A DNA stretch of 63,828 nt, filler included, from Collodictyon triciliatum (GCA_043381765.1; 10 parts of 10 records of this genome joined end to end with filler, not necessarily neighbours in it), one strand, 5' to 3'. Positions 1 to 11,720 are shown, numbered from the whole stretch's first letter. Notes: generated from the letters alone by a model not told the origin. Translations and numbers: made by a program.

Positions 1-172
1 TTGTGGTATTATTGTGGTATTATTGTGGTATTATTGTGGTATTATTGTGGTATTATTGTGGTATTATTGTGGTATTATTGTGGTATTATTGTGGTATTAT
101 TGTTGTATTATTGTGGTATTATTGTTGTATTATTGTTGTATTATTGTTGTATTATTGTTGTATTATTGTTGT
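1..172 (+). repeat. Tandem 11-mer (TTGTGGTATTA / TTGTTGTATTA)n
   Basis: About 15 direct copies at the contig end; source of spurious low-complexity ORFs. Confidence 0.95.
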
Positions 173-232
173 ATATGCGCTCATTTGATGTTCATAATAT
201 GTAACTCCGCAATATTGTGATTGAATGTTCAG

Positions 233-1632
233 GTCAGGTTGAGTAACCAATTGGTCCGTGAAAAAGAGGCAGAAGCGGCCTTGGAAGAAGATTTATTGCA
301 TTACCGCCAGCTAAGGAGTGTTTTACAGGCTGATATAACCCGAGCCGAGCTACAGGAGCAAACCAAGTTGATGGAACTGAAGCTGAGGCAAGATGAATGT
401 CGACGAATGCAGCAAGTTGTACAGCAGCTCGAAGATGAGTTGCAAACACAGCAAACAAAAATTTTAACACTTCAGAGAGAATGCTTAGCTAAACAAGAAA
501 GCCTTGTTTCAATTAACCAAGCGAAATCTGACCTGGAAGCAGAGGAGAGGCATGCCGCTGATGACAATTCCGCCATCTTAACGCGGACCAAAAGGGGAGA
601 AGTCTTGACACAACAAATTAAAAAGGATATCAATATGGTAATTCGTGTATCTTTTAAAATACAATCCTTTTATAATATGGTAAGGGGGGTTACATATGTG
701 GGCTTTAATTAAATAACCAATGAGTAGGTGAAAACAAAACTTGAAAAAGATGAAGTTGAGTGGCACCATACCGCTCATTCATCCAGGAATTCTGCAGCCG
801 AAGTGATTCTTGGACAGATATCCTAAATATATATGACGTTTCTTATTTGTATTTCATTTTATTCTACGTTTCAATCTGTAAAATATGATGCTTTGTGGGT
901 ATATTCTTTTTATTCTGATAATATTAATTGATTCGACATTTCACGCTTTCTCATTCTGGAGACCAAACAAGGAATATAACGGCTTAAATATTGTATGCAA
1001 TCAATTCTTAAAAAAAGAAAAAAAACAATACAGCTACAACGCATTAACGGGATTCGCCGAAAATTGGAGGACACTCTGAAGAAAAAGGATGTAGAAATTG
1101 ATGCCTTATTGAAAGAAAAAGAAGGTCCAGATTTCACCTCTTTATTTTCTCGTTTATATTGTTGTTCTATTTTACTTTAAAAGAAATGGATACATATTCG
1201 AATCGAATAAAGGAAAAAAAGAGGATATATGTCCATAGGGCTTATCAGAAGCTTAGAAGATGCGGAGAGCAAGAAAACAAGTGCCTCTCGTGTTGCTCGA
1301 GTTCAAACAAGAAAACACACCAACGCATATGTTAGTATATCCCACTTCCCTCGATTTCCTCAAATAAAATCCAAAAATACGCTCATATTGTCATCTTTCC
1401 TATCATTTCCTCAATTTGATATCATTTTAGATTATTGTTTAATTTAATTTCATCGTTATAAGCTCATTGGCCGAACTATTGACTTTAGCATGACTCGCTG
1501 CATACAACAAGAGAAATTCAAAAAGCCAAGGCTGAAGTGGATTCTATACAATCCAAATTAAGGGACAGTGAGAGGGCTTGTCGTATTCTTGGAAAGCAGC
1601 TTCATTTTAACCGTTGCAACTGGACAAGCTGA
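233..1632 (+). CDS. Coiled-coil protein, 3' part, multi-exon
   Basis: Exons ~233-637, ~1034-1124, ~1239-1330, ~1489-1632 are bounded by AG/GT. They translate as heptad-rich E/K/Q/L sequence ending ...NRCNWTS-TGA. One internal junction is unresolved. Confidence 0.65.
1196..1220 (+). mobile_element. Decayed copy of the 18-nt micro-retroposon (16/18) + A7, intronic
   Basis: ATTCGAATCGAATAAAGG-AAAAAAA. The flanks aagaaatggatacat / aaaaagaggatatat look like an eroded TSD (11/15). Confidence 0.65.
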
Positions 1633-2034
1633 GATAGCGCAAAGACTCGTCATTGTAAAGAAAACCCGAACAGCTATGGAATAAAATTTAACTATATATT
1701 TGGGTAACGATGAAGCTGTGTGGATAATAAATACGGGATGAGGAAATTGGAAAATGTCCCCAAAATGAGGGCACATCATTTGCGGTGTCTTGGCGGTATA
1801 TTATCGCGATGCTAGTATAAAAAAAATGAACAAAATAATTAATACATAGTCAACCGAAATTTATGGATGGAAAGGTTATGTGACCAATTTATGTATCCCT
1901 TGCTGAACCGAAGGAACACGATGCACATGATGGCTGCAAGAGTAACTGATATTCAGTATTCAAATGCCTAGTACTGTATTTGGAAGAAAATCTCGAGAAA
2001 ATATTTTACCCTACACTAAGTGTATTAGGGGTCA

Positions 2035-2062
2035 CTTTGAATTGAATAAAGGGGGAAAGAAA
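2035..2062 (+). mobile_element. Decayed copy of the 18-nt micro-retroposon (17/18)
   Basis: CTTTGAATTGAATAAAGG followed by a G/A-rich tail; the TSD is only weakly recognisable. Confidence 0.55.
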
Positions 2063-2366
2063 GTTATTAGAAGCCGAAAGCAGTAAGTATTACACATTCA
2101 ATTTTGTTGACGTAATAAAAAAAAAAGATATATCGGTTGGCCTGTCGACGTCAAGAAGACTTCTCTGTAACTCACCTTTTATGTATAGAAGATTACTGGC
2201 GAGCAATTACCATCTAGGATTCAGGCGTGATGGAGTGATTTTGCTTCGATATATCAGCGCATCGCTCTTGATGCCCTCTTTGTGCTATGCAACTCATTTA
2301 TATCTTGTCTTTATTTGTATATGTTTTTCATCCGAGACATTTATCGACAGCAATCCTGCGTCGAGA

Positions 2367-2394
2367 TTTTTTTTTTCCTTTATTTGATTCAAGG
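2367..2394 (-). mobile_element. Decayed copy of the 18-nt micro-retroposon (16/18) + poly(A)
   Basis: T10-CCTTTATTTGATTCAAGG on the + strand; no clear TSD. Confidence 0.55.
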
Positions 2395-3318
2395 GAAGGA
2401 AGGGGGTTTAGATTTTTTTTCTTTCTTTTTTTTTTTTTACAGAATCATGCGTCAATATAATTTGTGGTGGAGCTTCGCAGATTCGGTGCAACGGTGTGAG
2501 GAGTAGTACTGAGGGGCTCTGGGACTAGTCTTGGCGTGTGCCTGGATATAAGTTGGGTCATACTTTGGTCAGCCCAGCTAACTACCAATAAACAGTTCAC
2601 GTCCTTCTCTCAAGTAGCGAGTTTGTGAATATACCAGTTTGTATGGCGCGTCATTTTCGTAAAGCCTGGTAATCATTCAAACAATTTTTGCATATTCCGG
2701 CCTGTTATCATGAAGTAACTCACATAAAAGTGGCTCGATGCCATGAGCCCTTGAATGAGCTCATTCAAATCCCCCTTATTCAGCTGACATACCTTCTGCA
2801 AAGTAACCTAAACGTCTCTTGCCTCCAGAAACCTTGGTGCACGATAGTGGCTCCAAATGATTGTCTTGAGCCAGCTACTTCCATGCTTCGAACCTTTGGA
2901 TAAGCGCCGATACGGTAAATCCACACTTGGTAAATTGTGTTGTTCGAGATGGCTGTGAGCTTTTGTGGAAATGAAATCGTTGAATATACAAACGTGGAAT
3001 TTAAACATATTAATGCAAAAATTAGATCCTCTGAATAAATTAATATAAATTACATACATAATTAAATAAAATTTATCCAATATCATGAATAATGCTGGTT
3101 AATCGTAATTTGTACCATATCACAAGTTATACAGACAGTATATTTTGTCTGCGTTGTGTTTTCCTGTATCACCAACTGCGATCACAATCAAAGAAAACCT
3201 GCAATGGCCGACGAAGGATCACAAAGCGTATCACGAAGAGTAAAACAACAGAACGCAGAGCGTGGCATGAAGAAGACTTTTCTGATCCACACGTATGATT
3301 TTCCCTAGAAATCTTCAC

Positions 3319-4449
3319 ATGAACGCACCGCATCCAAACGAGTTCTTTCAATTACCTGAGGATGTTGTCAAGTACGGTTTTGCCTGTAGCATGATCGGCC
3401 GAGAAAAGGCTTTCACATTTTTTTCTTTAGTTATTCTTATTCCTTTAATTCTCTTTTCTGATCGGTTATGAAGCACAGAGTCCAGTATTTATTTGTTTAT
3501 TTTTGTTTACTTATTTATGTATTTATGTATTTATGTATTTATTTATATTTTATTCGCTGATTATTGACTTATTTGTTTGTTATTTAAACATGCATCTCTA
3601 TTCAGTATTCCAATCTTCAGTGAGGATGCTGAGAAACTATTCTTCGGCTTTTTTTTAAAAGAATATATGGAGCCATTTAGCTACGCAAGAAAACTCATTT
3701 ATCAGTTGTTTTAATTTTTGTTTTGTTTCTTTTATTCGAGAGTATCGGTTGCGAAAGACTCCAAAATCCCAGATGCAGGTTTAGTCAAGATTCAACTAGA
3801 AGATCACACTATCGGAAACCTTGTTAAAATGTAAGCAAACATGATAAAACACGCAATTTTCTGTTAATTTATTTAAATATGTGAAAGATGGCTGTAACCA
3901 TCTAGAATATGAAACAAACTTGTTTATTTTCACATCGTAACACATTCATATAAGATAAAAAAATCTTAAACATCATATATTTTTACTGCATAATTTTCTA
4001 AATAACCTTCCAAATTGTGTAGGCAACTCCTTCGAGACCCGGATGTCTTGTTTGCTGGTTACAGAATGCCTCATCCGCTAGAGCACCGAGTTGAAATCAA
4101 AATCCGAACCACACCAAAGTCCACCCCGGAAAAAGCGTTTCGTCAGGCGGTTAACAGTCTCATCACAGAAGTGGATATGTTGGATGAGTTGCTGGATGTA
4201 TGTTACTAAATAAAATAATAATTTTTTTATTCTCCCTTTCAATTTGTGCAAGATGGTTGAGGTTTTTGGCTGTTCCTACGTAAAAATATATAATTAAATC
4301 ACTTTTATCTCATTGTGCCCATGTGCACTCAAGAAATGGATTAAACTTCCCCTTGTAATTTTTTAATTCGCATTTTCATTTTTACCAAAGAAATCCTTTA
4401 AATCTAGAAACAACTACAATCATACCATGTCTACCACCCAGGAATGTAG
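3319..4449 (+). CDS. RPB11: DNA-directed RNA polymerase II subunit RPB11
   Basis: Four exons splice to MNAPHPNEFFQLPEDVVK-VSVAKDSKIPDAGLVKIQLEDHTIGNLVKM-QLLRDPDVLFAGYRMPHPLEHRVEIKIRT... The EDHTxGN and FAGYxxPHPL motifs are diagnostic. The last exon (KQLQSYHVYHPGM*) is inferred. Confidence 0.93.
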
Positions 4450-5427
4450 TTCTCCTTTTACAAGAATAAATATAAACGCAACAATTCCAAATCATACGTT
4501 GATTTGTATCACAATTATTCATGAAAGTAGTTTTGATCTTGGATTTCTCTTTATTCTGTTATATACGATATCATTAAACACATATCCATCTGTACATATC
4601 AATTGATAAACTACAATATTTGTTGCTTAGATTTCTAAATTATTTAATGAAGTCGAACTTTTTGTTTGATATTTAATTGCTACATGAAAGACAAAATAAT
4701 ATGATTTTATTTACAAAGAAAATCATTTTGATGATTAGCCATTGAGAACTGCGTGGAGAATCAAGAGGGGAAAAAAATCTATGTAAAGGCACACCCTTCA
4801 TTATTCTACAAATAAGAGAACATTAGTTGTATTTCACTTTATAATATATAAATATTCATCGCACCTTGGTATATTCTTGCTCATGTGAATCACCCGAAAA
4901 ATATTATTATCTTCCCTTTTATACAACTACGAATTAATAGCTTCGATTTTTGAAGACACAATAATCATTATTTTATTTTATTTTTTTTTTTAAAAAAAAA
5001 GGAACTTCAGAGATAAGAAAAATAATAGCTTTAGAGATATAAAAGAAAAGATAATGCAAGAATGAACTCGCGCTAAATGAATTGTGTTGTCCTATTCAAT
5101 ATTCAAGAGGTCGCCCAGAAGAATTTACAAAGGCGCGAAAACAAAGGTTTCAAAGGAACCAAGCGAAAGGTGCATAGGTGGCGCGCGTTGAAAGCAACGA
5201 GTGTTAATTTTTTTTTGTTTGTTTGTTTGTTTGTTTGTTTGTTCTTTGAAGGAGAAAGAGAGAAAGAGATGGAGAAGGAAAAGCACGAGGAAGGGGAGGG
5301 TGCACTGAAACCTATTGCAAACCAAAACAAAAAGAAAACGGAATATATCAAAATGACAATGAAAATAACAAAGCGACCAGAAGAATAACAGCTCAACAGC
5401 AAGGAAACCAGAAAGGCCAACCCGGAG

Positions 5428-6261
5428 TCAGGAAACACCAGCAGGAGACGGAGAAAGAGAGGGGCAATACGAAGGCGGAGGAAGAGGGCGGAGGTTTGTG
5501 TTTCTGGGAGGATAGGAGGAGCGCTCGGGATAAGGGTAAGGATAGGGATAGGAATTGGCCTTCGCATGGAGGGCGGGCGGCTCATTGTCGGCAGGCCTGG
5601 AATGGAGCGGCTGCAGCACGGGCCGCACAGGACACGGCGCGAGGGAGAAGGCGGGATTCTGAGTCTGAGTCTGATTGTGATTGTGATTCAGATTCGGATG
5701 GGGATACGGGTCGACGAGGGTGTCGAGATGGACCCCGGCCCTGTGTGCGGGCAGCGAGGCGGCGAGGGCGGTGGGGATGTTGAGGGAGTTGTGGTGGCGA
5801 TGGCGCGGGTGTCTGCACTGGAACTGGCAGACGCACATGCAGCGGCAGCGGCAGCGGCAGTCGCAGAGGACATCGTCCAGCGCCGGGAAGAGGCACTCGC
5901 TGGCGCGCGGGCTGGGCAGGTCCGGCGTGATGTGGGGCAGGAACTTGGACCCGAGCGCCTCGAACAGGGCCAGGCTGCGGCGCTGGTTGGCCGCGCGCAG
6001 GATCCGCTCGGCAGGCTGCGCCAGGCGGTATCCAAAGTGGCTCAGCTCGGCCGGCGTGTGGAACGGCAGCGGCGCAGTCGCCTGGTAGCCCACGCCGTAG
6101 TGGTTCGACTCCTCGTAGCGCACAAACAGGCGTCCGCTCCTCGCCCCGAGCACAACCGCCTCCAGCCCCATGGGCGTGTGGATCCGCGACCCTGCCGCAA
6201 AGCCCAGTCTTGTGCAGGTGCGCTCGCTCGTGTCGAAGCCGCCCTCGCTGCTCTCCTCCAT
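5428..6261 (-). CDS. Hypothetical protein, intronless GC-rich ORF with low-complexity C-terminus
   Basis: ATG at 6261 (MEESSEGGFD...), ~277 codons, high GC relative to flanks. The globular-looking N-terminal half has no family I recognise. Confidence 0.55.
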   Translation of the reverse strand: MEESSEGGFDTSERTCTRLGFAAGSRIHTPMGLEAVVLGARSGRLFVRYEESNHYGVGYQATAPLPFHTPAELSHFGYRLAQPAERILRAANQRRSLALFEALGSKFLPHITPDLPSPRASECLFPALDDVLCDCRCRCRCMCVCQFQCRHPRHRHHNSLNIPTALAASLPAHRAGVHLDTLVDPYPHPNLNHNHNQTQTQNPAFSLAPCPVRPVLQPLHSRPADNEPPALHAKANSYPYPYPYPERSSYPPRNTNLRPLPPPSYCPSLSPSPAGVS

Positions 6262-6344
6262 GGGCTGCTCCGCGCAAACAGGCAAGGGGGCTTGGCTGCG
6301 GCTGTTGGTTGGTGTGCTTGAGTGTCTTCTCGTCTCAGGTTTTA

Positions 6345-6443
6345 TGTTTTTTTTTGTTTTTTGTTTTTTGTTTTTTGTTTTTTGTTTTTTGTTTTTTGTT
6401 TTTTGTTTTTTGTTTTTTGTTTTTTGTTTTTTGTTTTTTGTTT
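6345..6443 (+). repeat. (TTTTTTG)n microsatellite at contig end
   Basis: Direct inspection. Confidence 0.95.
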
Positions 6444-6543
6444 NNNNNNNNNNNNNNNNNNNNNNNNNNNNNNNNNNNNNNNNNNNNTTAATTAATTAAN
6501 NNNNNNNNNNNNNNNNNNNNNNNNNNNNNNNNNNNNNNNNNNN
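6444..6543. other. Artificial contig linker N44-TTAATTAATTAA-N44 (same linker at 12988-13087, 19527-19626, 26069-26168, 32607-32706, 39145-39244, 45682-45781, 52219-52318, 58754-58853)
   Basis: Identical 100-nt spacer with stops in all six frames. The pieces it separates are all 6435-6444 bp, consistent with roughly size-sorted concatenated contigs. Confidence 0.98.
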
Positions 6544-6745
6544 TCTTTCGCTCAAATTCAAAGAAATTATGGAGGTTTCGAGTCGCATCCAAATTTATAC
6601 AAATATGGAAAATAATACAATATTACAAATTGTAGTATTTTTAACCATGAAATCCCAATTTTATACAAAATAATGCAATATATCTCAATATCTGTTTACT
6701 TGATAATAAATTCGCCCGTAATTGTAGCCCTGGCATAGCAAAGCA

Positions 6746-7110
6746 TTGAATAAATCTGGAGTTCTCCATTCATGCGAACGGACACACAACACCTCTAAAA
6801 ACGCGGAAGGTCGTAGGCAAACAATCGAAGAGAACTTGGATGACATCATACAAATCTCTTTCCTCAACAGCTTTCTTCGCCACCTGCACGTTCTCCACTA
6901 CTCAGACCCTGTGAGAGGATATATGTGGAAGGAAACCGAGAAAGAGATTCAACCTCGCCTTGTCTCTCTCATGCAAGCACAAGACCTAGGCTACAGGTCA
7001 AAGCGCAGAATGCAATTCCTGATTACTGACTACTTCCCCGCCATCCGGCCACCAAGAAGCGCCCGTGCAAACGATGGCTAGCCTACCAAAGCCAATTTTC
7101 CCACTAGGCA
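6746..7110 (+). mobile_element. Non-LTR retrotransposon ORF2 C-terminal fragment, divergent subfamily
   Basis: Translation IQISFLNSFLRHLHVLHYSD...MW...QFLITDYFP aligns by eye with the adjacent poly(A)-tailed copy (VQYSFLNSLLKHARILRYSD...IW...QLAITDFFP). Confidence 0.65.
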
Positions 7111-7119
7111 TTCTCTCGC

Positions 7120-7484
7120 TCTAATGATTCACCCGAACGAGAAATCAATGTACCCAGACTTGAGAGCCTCGTGCAATACAGCTTCTTGAACAGTCTGCTG
7201 AAACACGCTCGCATTCTTCGCTACTCTGACCGCAAGCGAAGAGAGATATGGGAATGTGTCGTGCGATATCTCCCACAGCATATCCAACCCTTGCTACCCA
7301 CGCAACCAATCAACCAGTTGGGACGCCCACTTGGCCAGCTCGCTATCACTGATTTCTTTCCAGCCCTACCCTCTTTACAGCGATGTCTTCCCCTACTTGC
7401 GTTTGCTCTCTCCCATGCGCTCCCATCCCGCCCCTTTGTATGGCATAACCTCGCTACACTTTGAATCGAATAAAGGGAAAAAAA
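7120..7484 (+). mobile_element. LINE 3' end (ORF2 C-terminus, 3'UTR, AATAAA, poly(A))
   Basis: 7220-7484 closely matches the reverse complement of 8871-9130 and ends CTTTGAATCGAATAAAGGG-A7. The 5' boundary is approximate. Confidence 0.85.
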
Positions 7485-8870
7485 TATTTAGAGTTCATTG
7501 TTAAATTTCCTCAAGATTCGAGGTGCACTTAAGTTAGCTCATATTCTGTTAAACCATAAAAATTGTGAGTATCGTTACGGAACAAATACATTCATGATAC
7601 CAATCGAAATATTTACAGCTTGGATTACACGAGGAAATACAGAAGGGGCTTTACTGGTATATCCTTGGTAGTTTAGTTGTACCCTTCGTATGGCTTATAG
7701 ATGCGCTGCATTTTCGTTCATTTTGCTTAGTACTTGAACATCCATACTCATCATGACATCTAATATACAAGCGGATACACTTTGATTAAAAATGTTTAAA
7801 ACCAATTCTTATATCATTTAATGGGTTTCTATCCCTACCCACACTCGTATTTGTGGTCTACCTCTTGGTCCTGGTAGTGAGCTCATAGGCTACACTATCA
7901 TTTTTTTTCTTCTTACAGTTAGACATATACTTTTAATCGGGTTCAAGAACTCATTTCAAAAAATATTAACGGGATTTTTTTTTTGCACACTGCTTAATTT
8001 TCCACAGAAAATCATATCTTCTGTATTTGAAAGGCACCTGTGTTAATATAAGTTTGTTTCATCCATAAATATATATGTACCGCATAAAACTAATCTTTTA
8101 CCTTTTTACCACCAAAGTTCTTTCTTATTTCCTATTTACTAAAGTATATAAAATAACAGCTATTTGATTTTCGATTAGCCATGACTCTCATGCTGGAGCT
8201 GCAGACACGACTCGTGCAAGCAGTTCATAAAAATGTTTTTGAGACCATATCAATATATTGAAGGGTTCAATCGGTATGCTTTATTTTGGGTTGCTAAAAT
8301 TCTGGTTGTATTTCCTTCCACATATTACACATTAATCACAGTTTTACTATTTTATTTGTTTCTTTTTACATATTCTGTGTCAATCAACAATTACGGGGTG
8401 GCAAATGTTAGCCTTTTACATTGAAAAAAAAGACAAAATAGTTTGGGAGTATGTCGACAGCTGTATGTGCAATATCACAATTTCTCTCGTTTTCAATATC
8501 TCTTCAAGGTTTTTGGATCCTTTATTCTATTCGAAGGTCTAATCTACCTAAATTTACTAGTTGATGGTCATTTAATTTTTATATTTGTCTTTTTCTTATA
8601 TCTTTCTAAAGGTTGACCCATATGAAACCAACTTCAAGTAATCAAATGGGAAGTGTCTATATCCATTTATTGTTTCAGCTGCAAATATTAGTCGTCTTTT
8701 TTTTTTCTGGTAGCATTGATAATTCATGATGTATAAATCTTAAAAGCCGGGATATATTTTTATGTTGTATTTTTTTTTTCAGGTGATGTTCAAAATCAGG
8801 CGTATCTCGTGTTTTTTTTGTTCCTTCATTCTAGATGATTTCCGTAAACTTGCCATCCATTTGGTCAATC

Positions 8871-9424
8871 TTTTTTTTCCTTTATTCGATTCAAAGTGTA
8901 GCGGGGTTATGCCATACAAGAGGCGAGATAGGAGCGCATGAGAGAGAGCAAACGCGAGTAAGAGAAGACACTATGTATAGGTTAGTACCGGAAAGAAATC
9001 AGTGATAGCGAGCTGGTCAAGCGGGCGACCAAGTGGTTGATTGGTTGTGTGGGTAGCAGGGGTTGGATATGCTGTGGAAGATATCGCACGACACATTTCC
9101 ACATTTCCCTTCGCTTGCGGTCAGAGTAGCTGGGACGTGCGGGCTTGCTTCCAGCTTTTGACTATCGGTGGGTCAATAATGCCTATAGTTTGGGCCAATC
9201 AACTCATTTTCTACAGTATGTAAGGATTAGGACTGGTGATTTCATATCGAAACAGCTTGGAATATGTCATGGTCATCGAGAAAATTGCTGAGAGTCGAGT
9301 GTGTTTGACCATCTTTGGTGTAAAAAAAAAAAGCAACTTAATACCTTCAGTCGTACAATGGAGAATCTTAACTGGTCTGCCTGGTCAGATGGGATGAGCT
9401 CCTTGAAAAAAAGCATTTATTCCG
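8871..9424 (-). mobile_element. 5'-truncated, internally deleted LINE copy
   Basis: 8871-9130 matches 7220-7484; 9130-9320 matches 19050-19242. Possible eroded TSD ccatttggtcaat (8857-8869) / ccatttgctcaat (9425-9437). Confidence 0.82.
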
Positions 9425-9499
9425 CCATTTGCTCAATACCAATTGCTGGATTTCACGTCATAATCGATGCGAGTGTGCAGTTGTGTTGGAAATCCTTAA

Positions 9500-9900
9500 G
9501 ATATTATAGTGTTCACACGTGCGATACAACCCATTCGATTGCATCCAAATTCATATTGATAAAAAAACCGACTGATAAAAAAAATAAGGCATAGAAAATC
9601 CAAGAGATATTCTTGATAAATAATCCAAAACATGAAATGGGTGTATAAAATGATAATTAATCGATGGATATTTACTTGTGCGCCGACATGTCCAAGTGAT
9701 GTTAGTCCAAATAAAGGCTATCGAACCAAGGGCAGCACCGCCCATCCTGCACAAAGTAAAAGCAGCAATTTATATAAATGATAGTTAATTAGATATTGAA
9801 ATTCATTAATTGCAAAAAAATTATTTACCGTAGCAACCACCACGAAATATCCGTTAAATTGGGCGGTATTCTGCTACCAACAGCACGAAAGGACAATGAC
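9500..9900 (-). CDS. Possible spliced gene fragment encoding a hydrophobic peptide
   Basis: Three AG/GT-bounded segments join in frame: SLSFRAVGSRIPPNLTDISWWLLR-MGGAALGSIAFIWTNITWTCRRT-IGFFINMNLDAIEWVVSH. No family recognised. Confidence 0.35.
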
Positions 9901-10939
9901 TGTTTGAAAACACGCATTCATTTGTATGCATACATATATTGATGTCAGGTCGGAGCTAAATATTTACTACCAGGCAAGTTTTTTTTTGATTAAAAACAAG
10001 TATCGGACTGATTTGTTCAAATATTTTTTTTCTTTTTCGACAGTCAGCCCCAACTCCTCACAACACTTCTAAGTATCTATGTCCCTCACGCAGCGGCGTC
10101 GCTCTTTTTGTGTGTTCTGTCACTCATATTCGCTTAGCAAATAAAAAGTATGCAAGACACTCACAAAAATCCAGCACACTCGCCTGCACAGCCCCGCCTC
10201 ATTCTTGTCATGACGTCTAACCGAACAGATATTTCTGAAGAACTTGCAAAGATCTGGTAGTTTCCCAAAATCCCTCTTTAAAAAGCTCCGCGATTATACA
10301 GCTACTCTAATTTAAATTAAAAAATTAAAAAGTTTTAACCTTATACCTGCCAGGTTTCTCCCGTTGACAGAAATAATGGAGTGCAACTTTGGAACAAGTT
10401 TTATTCTCGTAAGAAAAACCATATTTGACAAACTAAAACAATTTGGTGTCTAAAACAACACGATATATTTTCATTGATGTTGGAATAAAAAAAGAGTCGT
10501 ACAGCGATGTACGCAGATGGAGAGGCTTACAACACAAATTCAAGCGCCCATAAATCTGAAGCTCTGAATGAAACACATTTGCAGACATGCCATAAGAAGG
10601 GCATCGTGTGGCATCTCATCACTTCCTTTCCGAAAAAAAAAACATGATATAATAGTTAGAAACACATCCACGCTTGGCAACTCTATTACATGTAGGCACA
10701 CATACATACGAGATAGTACACGGCCAACATACTGCCCTCAGGTCGATATCCCATATTGAACCTGCAACATTGAGAAACGCATAAAAACGAAGAATCAGCA
10801 AGTTAGTAATTTTTTTTCATCCTTCGCAATCCACTTCCTGATTACACTACATGAAACATCTCACTCAAACGACCCATCACCTGCTACATGCCTCTCAGAA
10901 AAAAACACGGACTTCTAGACCACACACTTTGAGAGAAAC

Positions 10940-11720
10940 ATGAAAAATATCTTGGGCACGGCTGCCTTTGGTTTGGTCTTGAGATGTAGTCGAAGGAGAG
11001 CCTCTTTACCGTTAAGAAGGGTGAGTGACATATCTCTCTTTGCAGTTGCCAAAGGCTCTGGCCGAGAAAAAGGGCAGCATCATGTTCGAGCTGCAGCACC
11101 ACCCAAACACCATGTCGTTCTACGACTTTGGATTCTGGGGCAACGACCTGCTCTTTCCATGGAGTCTGCAGAAGTCGAAGAGCTCTGCTTGCTCATAAAA
11201 AAATTACATGGCACTTAGACGACATCACTTCAAATATGGCATGCATACAATTCAAGGCTTTTTATATCTGCATTCACATGGCCGAAGATTCATCCGGCAC
11301 CGCGACCTCAAGATCTAAAACTTCCTGCTTGTGAGCGGTATTTCCGAGCTATCTGAAATCAACCTTGTAAAATTGGCGCGTCCATCAACTCGGTTAGTGG
11401 CATCAAAGGCTCAAAGAACTGGTCACCGAGGCCTTTCGAGATTGGAAAAGGTATTTGGCTGCTTAGTGATACCAACTCGTATGAGATGGTCTTCTGGTCT
11501 ATCTTGAGTAAAGTATATTAGTATGAGTCATCAATATAGAATGAGGTCAGCACAAGAGTCACGGGCAGGTGAATTTCCTCCTCTCTCCCACCGCATCATG
11601 TCCTTCTTGACTCGCAGTTCTGAACCACAAACGCTGGGACAGAAAGTACGAAGCTCGCATCAATTCCCGACAGATCAAGGCTGAGCTCAAAGAGCTTTAC
11701 CACTATCAACCCGGTTGTAA
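10940..11720 (+). pseudogene. Decayed intronless protein kinase (TKL-like)
   Basis: ILGTAAFGLV (Gly loop), YLHSHG..IRHRDLKI*NFLL (catalytic loop, stop at 11316-11318), SDTNSYEMVFWSIL (subdomain IX) and CWD...RQIKAEL (XI) occur in the correct order with frameshifts. Confidence 0.75.

Noticed and set aside
7500-8850. Possible multi-exon gene between the inverted LINE copies, with ATATCCTT at 7659
   Set aside because: Some splice-like signals are present, but I could not assemble a consistent frame or recognise a family.
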